Both the position numbers and the translations under genes were made by a program. From positions 16,846-80,845 of the IMG/VR virus record IMGVR_UViG_3300032607_000303: a stretch of DNA of 64,000 nt; one strand, written 5' to 3'. Numbering within the stretch: the first letter of the stretch is position 1; every line of letters starts with the position of its first letter. Of the stretch, positions 47,767-57,753 are shown in pieces. Below the pieces are notes generated by a model. That model did no database searches. It worked only from the letters and a program-made list of their open reading frames with translations, and was not told the DNA's origin. The stretch is from a virus.

Positions 47767-48570
47767 ATGTCTGTAGTGTATTGGATTCATTTGCCAGAGC
47801 ATGTAGATATGTTCACTCAAGGGTATGTAGGTGTTTGTTGTAAGAGTGCACAACACAGATTTCAACAACATTGCAACGCAGCTAGAGCTAATTCACAGAA
47901 CATTGTTCACAGAGCTATTAGAAAATATGGAGATTCTATATTAATTGATACTTTGATAGAGTCTTCTAATGAGTATTGCTATAAAGTAGAAAATAAACTT
48001 CGACCTAACATAAATGTCGGATGGAATATGGCAATTGGTGGAAAGGTTCCCCATGGGTATCCTCACACAGATGAAAATAAGGAAGCACAGAGACAAAGAA
48101 GGATTGGGAAACAGGCTTCTGAAGATACTAGAAAACTACTTTCAGAACAGAGCACCGGGGAGAAAAACAACTTCTTCGGTAAAGAGCACTCCCAAGAAAC
48201 TAAAGAAAAAATCTCAAATGCACGAAAGAGTTTTCCCCAAGAGACTAAGGATCGTTTAGCTTTGGCAAATGGTATGAGGGGTAAAAAGCACACTCCAGAA
48301 GCTCGTGATAAAGTAATAAAAACACTAAATAGAGATGGCTGTAAAGGTTGGCTTCCTTGGAAACACCCAAGAGCTAACAAGGAAATGTGGAAGATGGCTG
48401 ACCAAGTGTACGATTTCCTATCTAGTTTTCCATGCAGTACACACTATAAAATTGCAAAAGCTTTACCAATAACAAATAAAACCGCACTAACAATCAAAGA
48501 TAAAATTGAGGCTGGCTGGAATCCTATAGAAGATTCTGAGTGGCTTGATTTCCAAATGACTAAGGGATAA
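47767..48570 (+). CDS. GIY-YIG homing endonuclease with NUMOD3 repeats
   Basis: VYWI...GYVG...RF.QH, E, GWN; FFGKEHSQETKEKIS. Confidence 0.85.
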   Translation: MSVVYWIHLPEHVDMFTQGYVGVCCKSAQHRFQQHCNAARANSQNIVHRAIRKYGDSILIDTLIESSNEYCYKVENKLRPNINVGWNMAIGGKVPHGYPHTDENKEAQRQRRIGKQASEDTRKLLSEQSTGEKNNFFGKEHSQETKEKISNARKSFPQETKDRLALANGMRGKKHTPEARDKVIKTLNRDGCKGWLPWKHPRANKEMWKMADQVYDFLSSFPCSTHYKIAKALPITNKTALTIKDKIEAGWNPIEDSEWLDFQMTKG

Positions 48571-48572
48571 TC

Positions 48573-50087
48573 ATGGCAAGAAAAAGTCCTGCCGTGAAAT
48601 CCGGCGATTTAGACCAAAAACAATTGCAACCAGATGAAGGAGCATCGTTACCTAGAATTAAGTTAGGTGCTGTGGGCTTCACATCGTTACGCACAACAAA
48701 TGGTTACGTAATTGAAGAGCCTAGTAGAGCATTCCGTTTCCCTGCAATGCTTAAAGTTGTTGATGAAATGCGAAACAACCCTACAGTAGCCACAGCTCTA
48801 TCAGCTTATCGACTTCTTATGAAGCGTGCCTCATGGGATGTTGAAGCCCCTGTAGGAGCGTCAGCAGAACAAATAGAACATGCAAAGTTTATAAAGACTT
48901 GCTTGTACGACATGGAAGACAGCTGGGCAAACACAGTTTCTAGCTGGTTTGACTACCTAGAGTATGGCTCCCATGTTAGCGAAAAAGTATTCCGTAGGCG
49001 CTTGATAAAGAACGGCTCAAAGTTTGATGATGGCCTAGTAGGTTTGAAATGCTTGTCACCTCGTTCACGCTCTAGTATTCAGAGATGGGACTTTAGCGAT
49101 GACGGCAGAGAACTTTTGGGCGTAGAGCAAACACTGCGATACATGGACAAAGCATACCTGTACTCTGAGCAATTAAATGGCAGAGGCTATATTTATATTC
49201 CTCGTGAAAAGTTTCTATTGTTTACAGCAGACGGTACGCTTGGCAATCCAGAAGGTAATAGTATTCTTAAAGCTGTCTACTTGGCTTATAAGCAACTTAC
49301 ACTTTTGCAAGATCAAGAATTGCTTAGTGTTGCAAAGTCTGTACAAGGTATTCTAAAAATTACAGCACCACCTCGCTACTTTGACCCAGCAGCTTCTGAA
49401 GGCGATAAGGCAGTGTTAGCAGGATATCAGGCCATCATAAATAACTACAACGCTGGCACACAACGCGGCTTGCTAGTTCCTGCGATGACTGACCCTGAAA
49501 CAAAGACGCCAATGTTCACATATGAGCTGATGTCGGCTAGTGGTCAGCAGCAAGATTTGGGATCAATTATCAAGAGGCTGCAAGGCGACATTCTGACAGC
49601 ACTTAATTGCGACATCCTGAAAATGGGCATGGACGCAGCAGGTAGTTTCAGCATCCAGGACGGTGACTCTAATATTCTGGCATTGTCTGTAACACATAGA
49701 TTGCAAGAAATTGCAGATGTACTTAACCATGACTTAGTGCCACAATTGTTTAAGTTGAACGGGTGGACTGACTCAGAGCTGCCTAAGATTGTACCACAGA
49801 ATATCTCACCAGTTAGTTTGGAAGAGCATTCTAAGTGGGTGCAACGAGTATTCTCAGTTGGCGGCATCGAGGTTGATCGTGGCGTGCTTAACAAGATTCG
49901 CGTTGTTGGCGGATTTGATGAGCTTCCTGAAGATGAGCCTGTAGACATCAAAAATCTTTCTACTACATTGTCAGGTAAATCTACAAGTGCTGGCAAAGGT
50001 ATGGAAGTGGGTGTCACAGGGGATGGTACAGCTAAGAAGCCCGGTGGGAATGATAAGTCAGCATCTAACGCAGATAATAAAGCATAA
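48573..50087 (+). CDS. Portal protein
   Basis: 504 aa between terminase and protease; YG.HV.EKV, NPEG.SILK motifs. Confidence 0.85.
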   Translation: MARKSPAVKSGDLDQKQLQPDEGASLPRIKLGAVGFTSLRTTNGYVIEEPSRAFRFPAMLKVVDEMRNNPTVATALSAYRLLMKRASWDVEAPVGASAEQIEHAKFIKTCLYDMEDSWANTVSSWFDYLEYGSHVSEKVFRRRLIKNGSKFDDGLVGLKCLSPRSRSSIQRWDFSDDGRELLGVEQTLRYMDKAYLYSEQLNGRGYIYIPREKFLLFTADGTLGNPEGNSILKAVYLAYKQLTLLQDQELLSVAKSVQGILKITAPPRYFDPAASEGDKAVLAGYQAIINNYNAGTQRGLLVPAMTDPETKTPMFTYELMSASGQQQDLGSIIKRLQGDILTALNCDILKMGMDAAGSFSIQDGDSNILALSVTHRLQEIADVLNHDLVPQLFKLNGWTDSELPKIVPQNISPVSLEEHSKWVQRVFSVGGIEVDRGVLNKIRVVGGFDELPEDEPVDIKNLSTTLSGKSTSAGKGMEVGVTGDGTAKKPGGNDKSASNADNKA

Positions 50088-50094
50088 GGAACAC

Positions 50095-50949
50095 ATGAAG
50101 GCACATAAACTATTCAGGTTAACTCAGCAACTTTACGGTGTACCTCACCTATTGTCAAGACAAAGTTTTAGTAGCATCACAAGCTACCTAAACTCTCGTA
50201 ATGCTTCATCGATGATGCTCCCGACAAATGAGAGTTACGAAGCAGAAGAGCCAGACGACCTTGACGATATTAACGGTGTTGGCATCATTGAGATTAATGG
50301 CCCTCTCACTAATAAAGAAACTGGTTGGGAATCTATGTGTGGTGGATGTTCTTACGAGAGCATCTTGGAACAAGCAGAAGAACTAATTGAGAACGGCGCA
50401 AAATGTCTAGTGTTGTCTCTTGACTCTGGCGGAGGAGAAGCCTACGGAGTATTCTTGATGGCTAAACAACTACGCAAGATGTGTGATGATGCAGGCATTC
50501 ACCTTATTGGCTACGTAGATGGAACTTGTGCAAGTGCTTGCTACGCTATTGCTTGTGTATGTGACGAAGTAGTGGCAAACCCTTATGCTGAAGTCGGATC
50601 AATTGGCGTATTAATTTGTCTAACTGACCAGTCAAAGCATCTTGAGCAAGAGGGATATAAGCCAATCTTCATCTCAGCAGGATCAGAAAAAATTCCATAC
50701 GCAGAAGACGGAAGCTTCCGACCAGAATTCCTAGAAGACTTGCAAGCTAAAGTTGACAGTCTCTACGAAGCATTCTGCGAACATGTTTCAGAGTACACAG
50801 GGTTGTCTGTTGAGGATATAAAGGCTACTGAAGCTAAAGTGTATATGGCAGAAGATGCTATGTCAAGAGGTTTGATTAACAAAATTATGTCCAACGTAGA
50901 CTTTGTAGACTATGTGGCGTCAATTCAACGAGGATTTGCAGATGCGTAA
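50095..50949 (+). CDS. S49-family prohead protease
   Basis: LDSGGG, ASACYAIA, VGSIGV. Confidence 0.9.
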   Translation: MKAHKLFRLTQQLYGVPHLLSRQSFSSITSYLNSRNASSMMLPTNESYEAEEPDDLDDINGVGIIEINGPLTNKETGWESMCGGCSYESILEQAEELIENGAKCLVLSLDSGGGEAYGVFLMAKQLRKMCDDAGIHLIGYVDGTCASACYAIACVCDEVVANPYAEVGSIGVLICLTDQSKHLEQEGYKPIFISAGSEKIPYAEDGSFRPEFLEDLQAKVDSLYEAFCEHVSEYTGLSVEDIKATEAKVYMAEDAMSRGLINKIMSNVDFVDYVASIQRGFADA

Positions 50950-51481
50950 ACTATTTCAGAAGGTTTTTAACACAGCTTCGGCTGAACAAGTGAAGGAAGA
51001 AGTAACGATGACAACTAAAGAGGGGCAACCAGATATGGCTGCTGAAGATACTAAGACAGCAGAACTAGCAGCCCTTTTGGAATCGGTTACTACGACCCTT
51101 TCGGCTACTCAATCTAAGCTAACAGAAATGTCAGCACTGTATGAAGTTGCACAAGCGGCCCTAGCAGCTTCTGACGCAGCTAAAGAACAACTCGTAGTAG
51201 ATGCCAAGCAAGTTCGCCTAGCAGCCCGTAAAGAAGCCATTGTAGCTTCTATTGGCTCTGCTAAAGCTGACGCTTTGCTTGCAGCCACTGACGCTCTTGA
51301 CGATACAGCATTCAATGCTGTCGTAGGAGCTATGGCAAATTCTTTTGAAACAGAAGCTTCTTCGGCGCTGTTTTCGGAAGTTGGAGTAGCAGCTAAAACT
51401 GACACTTCAGCAGTAGTAACGGAACCAGAAGAGAGCAAAGAATCTAAAATGCTCAAAGCTAAATACAACAAATCTAAATAA
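50942..51481 (+). CDS. Scaffold-like protein
   Basis: Ala-rich coiled coil between protease and capsid genes. Confidence 0.65.
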   Translation: MRKLFQKVFNTASAEQVKEEVTMTTKEGQPDMAAEDTKTAELAALLESVTTTLSATQSKLTEMSALYEVAQAALAASDAAKEQLVVDAKQVRLAARKEAIVASIGSAKADALLAATDALDDTAFNAVVGAMANSFETEASSALFSEVGVAAKTDTSAVVTEPEESKESKMLKAKYNKSK

Positions 51482-51498
51482 TTAAAAGGAAATAAATT

Positions 51499-51915
51499 AT
51501 GGCAATTATCGCAAATGATAGCACACGATTCTCAGGCGTCATCGCTCGTGAATTCGACCCAGCCTCGGCATATTGCCGTGACACAGTGGTTTACAACGGT
51601 ACAGCTATCACTCTGCCAGTCGGCGCTGTGTTGGGTAAAGTTACAGCAACGGGTAAGTATAAGTTGGTTGAAGCTACAGCCAATGATGGTTCGCAAGTAG
51701 CTGCTGCTGTCGTCATCGCAGATATTCTTGGCCTGTCGCGCCCACAAGTTATGGTTCTGAATACAGACACTCAAATGCTGGCAATGACACGCGGCCCAGT
51801 TATCCTTAAAAAAGCTGGCCTAGTGTTTGGCGCAAGTGTTACTGCCGGTGCTTTGACAAACGCTGCTTATGCACAACTGACCGCTGCTGGCATGATCCCA
51901 GAAACGTCGATCTAA
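51499..51915 (+). CDS. Head decoration protein
   Basis: GAVLGKVTATGKY...DGSQVAAAV; directly upstream of the capsid gene. Confidence 0.82.
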   Translation: MAIIANDSTRFSGVIAREFDPASAYCRDTVVYNGTAITLPVGAVLGKVTATGKYKLVEATANDGSQVAAAVVIADILGLSRPQVMVLNTDTQMLAMTRGPVILKKAGLVFGASVTAGALTNAAYAQLTAAGMIPETSI

Positions 51916-51947
51916 TAATACTACCAAGAAAAGAATAGGAATAAATT

Positions 51948-52976
51948 ATGGCAATTACTCGTAGCTTTGGCGCAAATGGTCAGTTTGAACTTACCGACTG
52001 GACAGGCGAACTGAACATCATCCCTAACTCATGGGGTACTATTGGTGAGCTGGGCATTTTTCAAGAAGAGTCAGTGGCTGAACATACAGTTACCTTTGAG
52101 AAAATTACTAAAGATGGTTCGTTGATTGTTGACCGTGTTCGCGGTGATCGTTCAAACCAAAATAAAGACTATGCTCGTGAAGTGCATTCGTTTGTTGTGC
52201 CACACTTCCCACTGTCGGACTATATCAGCCCTTCAGACATTCAAGGCAAACGTGCTTATGGCAATCCTAACGAAGCAGATTCGTTGGCTGCTGTTCGTGC
52301 CCGTAAGATGGAGCGTGCTGCTGCTGCTCACAACTGGACTCTGGAAGCCGCCCGTGCTCAAGCCTTGACGCTAGGTACTGTTTACGCTCCTAGTAACACT
52401 GTGAGCCAAGATTGGTACACAGAGTTTGGTAAGTCGCGTACTACCGTCAACTTTGCTTTCTCTGTTGCTACAACAGATGTTATTGGCCAAATTGAAGCAG
52501 CAATCGCCGCAATTCAAGACAATGGTGGTAATATCTCCATGTCAGGTATTGTTGTAATGTGTTCGCCTACTTGGTTTGCTGCTCTGATTGCTCACCCGAC
52601 TACCAAGACAGCTTATCAGTTCTATACAAGTACGCAAGACCCATTGCGCTCGCGTCTGGCAGCTAATGGTTCGGCTACAGCTATGCACCGTGAGTTCTTC
52701 TACGGCGGCTTGCGTTTTATCGAAATGCGCGATGCCTATAATTCAGTACAGCTAATCCCTAATAATACTGCAACAGCAGTTCCAACGGGCAGCGAATACT
52801 TTAAGACGTATTTCTCGCCAGCTAACCGTTTCTTCACGGTTAATACTTTGGGTGAGCGTCAGTACATGTTCGAGACACCATCACTAGATGGTACGGAAAT
52901 CCGCATTGACACAGAATCGAATTTTGTCAACGCACTTCTGCGCCCTGAACTTGTGATTACTCTCACAAAAAGCTGA
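51948..52976 (+). CDS. Major capsid protein (lambda E-like)
   Basis: 342 aa; IN.IPN-like start, PHFPL.D.I.P.DIQG.R, terminal LRP. Confidence 0.88.
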   Translation: MAITRSFGANGQFELTDWTGELNIIPNSWGTIGELGIFQEESVAEHTVTFEKITKDGSLIVDRVRGDRSNQNKDYAREVHSFVVPHFPLSDYISPSDIQGKRAYGNPNEADSLAAVRARKMERAAAAHNWTLEAARAQALTLGTVYAPSNTVSQDWYTEFGKSRTTVNFAFSVATTDVIGQIEAAIAAIQDNGGNISMSGIVVMCSPTWFAALIAHPTTKTAYQFYTSTQDPLRSRLAANGSATAMHREFFYGGLRFIEMRDAYNSVQLIPNNTATAVPTGSEYFKTYFSPANRFFTVNTLGERQYMFETPSLDGTEIRIDTESNFVNALLRPELVITLTKS

Positions 52977-53020
52977 CAGTAAATAAGTAATAATTTGTGG
53001 GATAACTACCCATTAGTCTC

Positions 53021-53062
53021 TTGACACAAGCAATCTCTTAAAAGTATAATAAGAGATTGCTT
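53021..53062 (+). promoter_or_regulatory. Sigma70 promoter overlapped by a 13-bp inverted repeat
   Basis: TTGACA-18-TATAAT; AAGCAATCTCTTA/TAAGAGATTGCTT. Confidence 0.7.
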
Positions 53063-53077
53063 CAATAAAGGGATTGT

Positions 53078-53962
53078 ATGAAAGTTTGTTATGCGTGTAA
53101 AAATATCTTACCCGAGGAAGATTTTCTAAAGGGTAGTAAAACAGCAATATGCCTTACATGTAGCAGAAAAAAGTTAAAGAAAATAAAAGACGAAAAGATA
53201 AGCGGATCATATGTAAACCCTAAAAGTGTGCAAGCAAGATCAGAAAAGTTTAAATTGGACTGCACAAACATTCACTCTAGTGTATATACCTATGAAAAAG
53301 TCGATTACAAAGGTCACAACACTAAAGTTGAAATATTTTGCACTAAGCATCAAGGATATTTCTGGCAATCTCCTTGCAGCCACAAGAGTGGTAATGGGTG
53401 CTTGGTCTGCTACAACTCTAACCTAAAAGTTAATGGACTTAAAAGAAGAGTTACTACAGAGGAACTAAAGATTAGGGCTACAGTTGTACACAAGGATAAA
53501 TTCACATTTGACAATGTTGAATGCAACGGGATGCTTAAGCATGTTCAAGTAACTTGTAAAATACACGGAGACTTTCCTACAGCACCGCATAACTTACTAG
53601 CTGGGTGGGGATGCCCTAAGTGTAAAGTTAGTGGTTACTCTACTGAAAAACCCGGGTCTTTATATCTATTAAATAATGGCAGCATTACAAAAATAGGTAT
53701 TACTAATAGGGAAGTTCATACAAGGGTTTCAGAAATAAACAAGACAGTTTCTAAAAGTTTTGGTATTCTCTATGAATATAGAAACAAAGATGGCGCTGTA
53801 GCTAAATCAATTGAAAGTGTGTTAAAGGTATTTCTGTCTAGCACATATAAGTCACCCTCAGATAAATTTGATGGTTATACAGAGTGTTTTTATGATGTTG
53901 ATACCCAAGCCATACTAAAAATAATAAAAAATTTAGTAACAATTACAGAGGAAATTCAGTGA
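53078..53962 (+). CDS. Putative homing endonuclease (DUF723-like repeats plus GIY-YIG-like domain)
   Basis: Two C..H...F.....H/L..G.GC..C repeats; LYLL...KIGIT...R, E, GYTECF. Confidence 0.75.
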   Translation: MKVCYACKNILPEEDFLKGSKTAICLTCSRKKLKKIKDEKISGSYVNPKSVQARSEKFKLDCTNIHSSVYTYEKVDYKGHNTKVEIFCTKHQGYFWQSPCSHKSGNGCLVCYNSNLKVNGLKRRVTTEELKIRATVVHKDKFTFDNVECNGMLKHVQVTCKIHGDFPTAPHNLLAGWGCPKCKVSGYSTEKPGSLYLLNNGSITKIGITNREVHTRVSEINKTVSKSFGILYEYRNKDGAVAKSIESVLKVFLSSTYKSPSDKFDGYTECFYDVDTQAILKIIKNLVTITEEIQ

Positions 53963-54405
53963 CTATAGACCCATCAACAGACATTGGTAAGCTCCGACTA
54001 CGTTGCGCAGATTTTGGAGATATTCCCTATCTGCCCGATAGTGTTTACACTCAGACGCTGGCAGATAATAATAATAGCCTACCAACATCTGCAAAAATTT
54101 GTGCGACATACATACTAGGTCAGTTAGCTTTTAAAACTCACCGTAAAATTGGCCTTCAGCTAGAGGTGTGGGGAGCCGAGGCATTTACTAACTACAGAGA
54201 TTTTCTAATTCTCACTGTTACAAACCCGAACTTTTTTGATATCTCACCGATTCCATACAATGTAAATGGAACTACTCTACACCCTCTGATTAAGTTTCAA
54301 GAAGATTGGAATAGCAATTACGCTCAGATAACTCAGTCACAACAATTGGCAATGGATGCAATTGGATCACCGTCAAGCTCTGCTCTTTGGTATTGGCCTC
54401 AATAA
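53959..54405 (+). CDS. Head-tail connector/head completion protein
   Basis: IGKLRL..AD start; position after the capsid gene. Confidence 0.6.
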   Translation: MTIDPSTDIGKLRLRCADFGDIPYLPDSVYTQTLADNNNSLPTSAKICATYILGQLAFKTHRKIGLQLEVWGAEAFTNYRDFLILTVTNPNFFDISPIPYNVNGTTLHPLIKFQEDWNSNYAQITQSQQLAMDAIGSPSSSALWYWPQ

Positions 54406-54794
54406 TGAGCGCACAAGACGACTTCACAAGAATGATTAATGACTTCTTTGACGATGATCCTCAGACAGCAACCTATCATCAATACTCACAAGGTTCTTAC
54501 AACCCTGCTACTAGCGAATACTCTACAACACAAGTTGATACTCCAGTAAGAGTTATTACTTTAGATTTAACGCGTAACTCTAACGGACTTTCTAGTAAGT
54601 ACGGCACAGATATCCTAAAAGGAGATAAAGATGTCTACATGAAAACTTTCTATCTGGGGGAAATAGTAGTAGACGTTAATACTACTTCTGACAAGATAAC
54701 AATAAGTGGTGTTCTTTACAAGGTTTGTAATTCAAAAGTGTTAGACCCAACAGGGGCTTCTCCTATGCTATTTAATTTTTTAGTTAGGCGATAA
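54405..54794 (+). CDS. Head closure/stopper protein
   Basis: G.YNPAT, G..I..GDK; synteny. Confidence 0.6.
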   Translation: MSAQDDFTRMINDFFDDDPQTATYHQYSQGSYNPATSEYSTTQVDTPVRVITLDLTRNSNGLSSKYGTDILKGDKDVYMKTFYLGEIVVDVNTTSDKITISGVLYKVCNSKVLDPTGASPMLFNFLVRR

Positions 54795-54944
54795 CATATT
54801 ACGCTATGAGTAAATCTGCTAATGTAGAAGAACGTATAGAAATTAATATAGAAATAAATACAAATATTATTTTAACCTACACTTCTGGTGTTACAGGACA
54901 AATTTTGTTAGACTGGAAAGCTGTATCAGTGTAATTACAAGTTG

Positions 54945-54973
54945 TTGACAAGAACATTCAGTTGTGCTATAAT
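54945..54973 (+). promoter_or_regulatory. Consensus sigma70 promoter for the tail operon
   Basis: TTGACA-17-TATAAT with extended TG. Confidence 0.8.
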
Positions 54974-54997
54974 ACGCGCTAATTAGGAAATACATAC

Positions 54998-55450
54998 ATG
55001 TCATTTTTGTCAGATATTGAAGCCTTCAGAGAAAAAGCTTTACAGCAAGCATCTAAAAATTCTAGCGATGTGTTTGAATATGTTTCTAAGCAAGCTGTAC
55101 TGTTGTCTCCAACACCTCCGGGTAAAAGTGGAATATACGCTACAGGGCATTTAAAAGACCAATGGTATGCATCTATAAATTCTCCAGATAAGTCCACAGG
55201 TTCAAGCGCATCAATAGACGGGGCTTCTAGTATAGGGCGTATTGATAGCCTACTGTCCACACAGCCTTTCTACGGAAAGGATGCTACATTATACATTACA
55301 AACAGCGTCCATTACGCATACCTTGTTGATAAACTAGGATGGAAAGCCGGACTGGATATAGCATCAGGCTGGATATGGACAGGCAATGCTAAGCCATATG
55401 CTATCACAGAAACTGCCATAGCTAAGACACTATTAAGATATAAAGTATAA
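54998..55450 (+). CDS. Tail completion protein (HK97 gp10-like)
   Basis: SP...TG.LK..W, YITN.V.YA. Confidence 0.7.
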   Translation: MSFLSDIEAFREKALQQASKNSSDVFEYVSKQAVLLSPTPPGKSGIYATGHLKDQWYASINSPDKSTGSSASIDGASSIGRIDSLLSTQPFYGKDATLYITNSVHYAYLVDKLGWKAGLDIASGWIWTGNAKPYAITETAIAKTLLRYKV

Positions 55451-55457
55451 GGAAGCT

Positions 55458-55862
55458 ATGGCAACAAACAGACAAGAATTAGAAAGCCGAATAGCTGCCT
55501 TTGCAGCCTCGCAATCTCCACCACTCACAGTAGCTTACGAAAATGTACCCTTCACTAAGCCCACAAATTCTTCTTACTTAGAGTGCTTCTTAGTGTCTGC
55601 TGGGACGGTAGCACTTACAGTAGATGCTTCCCGCAATCGTGAAAGGGGTACTTTACAAGTTAATGTATGCTCACCAAGCGGTCAAGGTAGCAATAAAGTA
55701 GAGACTATTGGCGCTGCACTTGTTCAAGCTTTTCCAGTTGTTCCCAAGCAAGGTAATGTCTCGATTGAACAACCCGGAAACACAGAAAGACTTATAGTAG
55801 AAATAAGCGGCTGGATAATCTTGCCCGTAACTTTTCCATACAGGGTAGAAACGGAAGCCTAA
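55458..55862 (+). CDS. Tail terminator protein
   Basis: VAYENV.F..P, G.LQV.V..P.GQG, PVT.PYR. Confidence 0.72.
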   Translation: MATNRQELESRIAAFAASQSPPLTVAYENVPFTKPTNSSYLECFLVSAGTVALTVDASRNRERGTLQVNVCSPSGQGSNKVETIGAALVQAFPVVPKQGNVSIEQPGNTERLIVEISGWIILPVTFPYRVETEA

Positions 55863-55907
55863 TTGTGTTGCAGAACACATCCATTGTAGCACAAATTAAG
55901 GAACATA

Positions 55908-56252
55908 ATGAGTACAATTATTAATACAACAAAAGGTTTGGGAGTTTTTGCAGCCCCTAAAGTTTCTCTGACTGGTGCAGACACACTGAATTTTGCAGGT
56001 ACGCAAGATCAAGAATTGATTCTTTATAACATCACAGCATCGCCTGTGGTAGTTACTATTGACGGCGCTGGCGGCACTACCGTTGTTATCCCCGGTACAG
56101 GTGGTGTAACAGCATCAGTAGCTTCTGGTTTGGCTGTGACTGTTCCAGCAAATGATTTCCAAATTGTCCGGTTGCAGAATGTTTCTGCGTACTTGCAAGG
56201 TGCAGTAGCAGTAACAGGTGGTGTCGGCGTTGTAGCTGCCATCATTCAATAA
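55908..56252 (+). CDS. Small structural protein
   Basis: Gly/Val/Thr-rich 114 aa within the tail module. Confidence 0.65.
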   Translation: MSTIINTTKGLGVFAAPKVSLTGADTLNFAGTQDQELILYNITASPVVVTIDGAGGTTVVIPGTGGVTASVASGLAVTVPANDFQIVRLQNVSAYLQGAVAVTGGVGVVAAIIQ

Positions 56253-56275
56253 TTCCAAAATAGAAAGAAATACAA

Positions 56276-56719
56276 ATGACAACTCTCGCATTTTCGAGCG
56301 CAGGCTCAAAAGTTTCTCTGTCGGCTGGTGTTCCAGCTACAGTTGACGCTGCTGGCTTCGGCGCACTGACATACACAGAAATTAAAGAACTGACAGACAT
56401 CGGTATGATTGGCCCAGAATCGGCTGTCATTACCCATAACCCTGTTGGCGACAATACGACGTACAAACTCAAAGGTTCTCGTAACAACGGTTCAGTTGAC
56501 CTGAAAGGTGCTCGTGCTCCTACAGATGCTGGTCAATCTTTGCTGATCGTTGCTGAAGCTTCTAATTCAACTTTTGCAATGAAGATTACTTTGCAAAATG
56601 GCGTAATTCTTTACGCACAAGTGTTGGTTATGTCGTACAAAACTTCAATCGGTACAGTGTCACAAATCACCTCGTTTGAATCAAAGTGCGAAGTGTCTGG
56701 CCCAGTTGTAACAGCGTAA
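56276..56719 (+). CDS. Tail tube (major tail) protein
   Basis: PAT.DAAGF.AL.YTE, KLKGS.N.G, DAGQ. Confidence 0.82.
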   Translation: MTTLAFSSAGSKVSLSAGVPATVDAAGFGALTYTEIKELTDIGMIGPESAVITHNPVGDNTTYKLKGSRNNGSVDLKGARAPTDAGQSLLIVAEASNSTFAMKITLQNGVILYAQVLVMSYKTSIGTVSQITSFESKCEVSGPVVTA

Positions 56720-56831
56720 TAATTTTAGCAAGACGGACGTATAGGGTAATACCTAGCGTCCGTGTATTACTATAGAGGCTACGAATAGCCCAAAGAATTA
56801 TAATTTAAATCTACCTCAAGGAACAAATATT

Positions 56832-57236
56832 ATGGCAAATTTTAACATTGCATCAAAGAAAATTTCTGAACAAGCTACTCTAACGTTGGTTGACCCTTCG
56901 ACGGGTATCACCATGTATGCAGACGACGCTGAAACATTGCCACTACAAATTGTAGTGTTCGGTAAGGCATCAAAGCAATATCGCAATGCACTGTCAGTTT
57001 TGGCACGTAAGAGCGCAGCACGTAAGGGCAAGTCGGCTTCGTTTGAAGATAACATTTCGGACAACGAAAACTTGCTTGCTGCTGTATCGTACAAAGCTGT
57101 CAATTTTGACATGGATGGTGAACCTATTGATTCTACAGAAGCCTTTAAAAAACTGTACAGCACCCCTGAACTGTATTGGGTGCGTGATGCTGTTTCAGAG
57201 TTCTTGGAGAGCGCAGATAGTTTTTTGGTGAAGTAA
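56832..57236 (+). CDS. Tail assembly chaperone (G-like)
   Basis: Between tube and tape measure; ends at a slippery heptamer. Confidence 0.8.
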   Translation: MANFNIASKKISEQATLTLVDPSTGITMYADDAETLPLQIVVFGKASKQYRNALSVLARKSAARKGKSASFEDNISDNENLLAAVSYKAVNFDMDGEPIDSTEAFKKLYSTPELYWVRDAVSEFLESADSFLVK

Positions 57237-57733
57237 GACGTAACTGTTCTACGTATGTAAGGCACATAGCTTGGCTATCAGTAACTCCAGAAAAAGCTGC
57301 TAAGTGCCGTAGAGAATCTTACCATGAAGACTCTCCTTACGTAGAACTTATTTCTCTATCAGACTACGAAGCACATCTAATTAGTTTGTGGCAAGAGGCT
57401 GGTAGTGTAGGTCAGGGAGCAGGTGGACTAACACCTTTGGCATGGTCAGAGGTTGTCTCATGGTCTGAAAAGTTTTACTCAGAAGAATCTATAGAGTGGG
57501 TGCAAAGCCCAACTAAAAGATGGATGCCTGTTATACTAAAGACATCTTCTTTGCTAGACTACGAGTTAAAAATAGTAAGAGATTTAAGCCAAGAATATTG
57601 CTCAGAGTATGCTGACACAGACCCTCATAAAGAGTGTCCTAGACACATAGAAGCTGAGGAAGTAGATAGCTTGATGGAATCAACAGCACTTGGCGATGCG
57701 CTTATGAGTTTGTTTGGAAGTGATAATCAGTAG
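57221..57733 (+). CDS. Tail assembly chaperone -1 frameshift extension (GT-like)
   Basis: T TTT TTG at 57221-57227; the -1 frame is open from there (FGEVRRNCSTYVRHIAWL...) into the 57386-57733 ORF. Confidence 0.78.
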   Translation, partial: FFGEVRRNCSTYVRHIAWLSVTPEKAAKCRRESYHEDSPYVELISLSDYEAHLISLWQEAGSVGQGAGGLTPLAWSEVVSWSEKFYSEESIEWVQSPTKRWMPVILKTSSLLDYELKIVRDLSQEYCSEYADTDPHKECPRHIEAEEVDSLMESTALGDALMSLFGSDNQ

Positions 57734-57753
57734 GATAATTAAAGGATTTAAAA

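Noticed and set aside
54806-54934. 42-aa ORF in the head-tail region
   Set aside because: No clear SD and low complexity; cannot be supported as a gene
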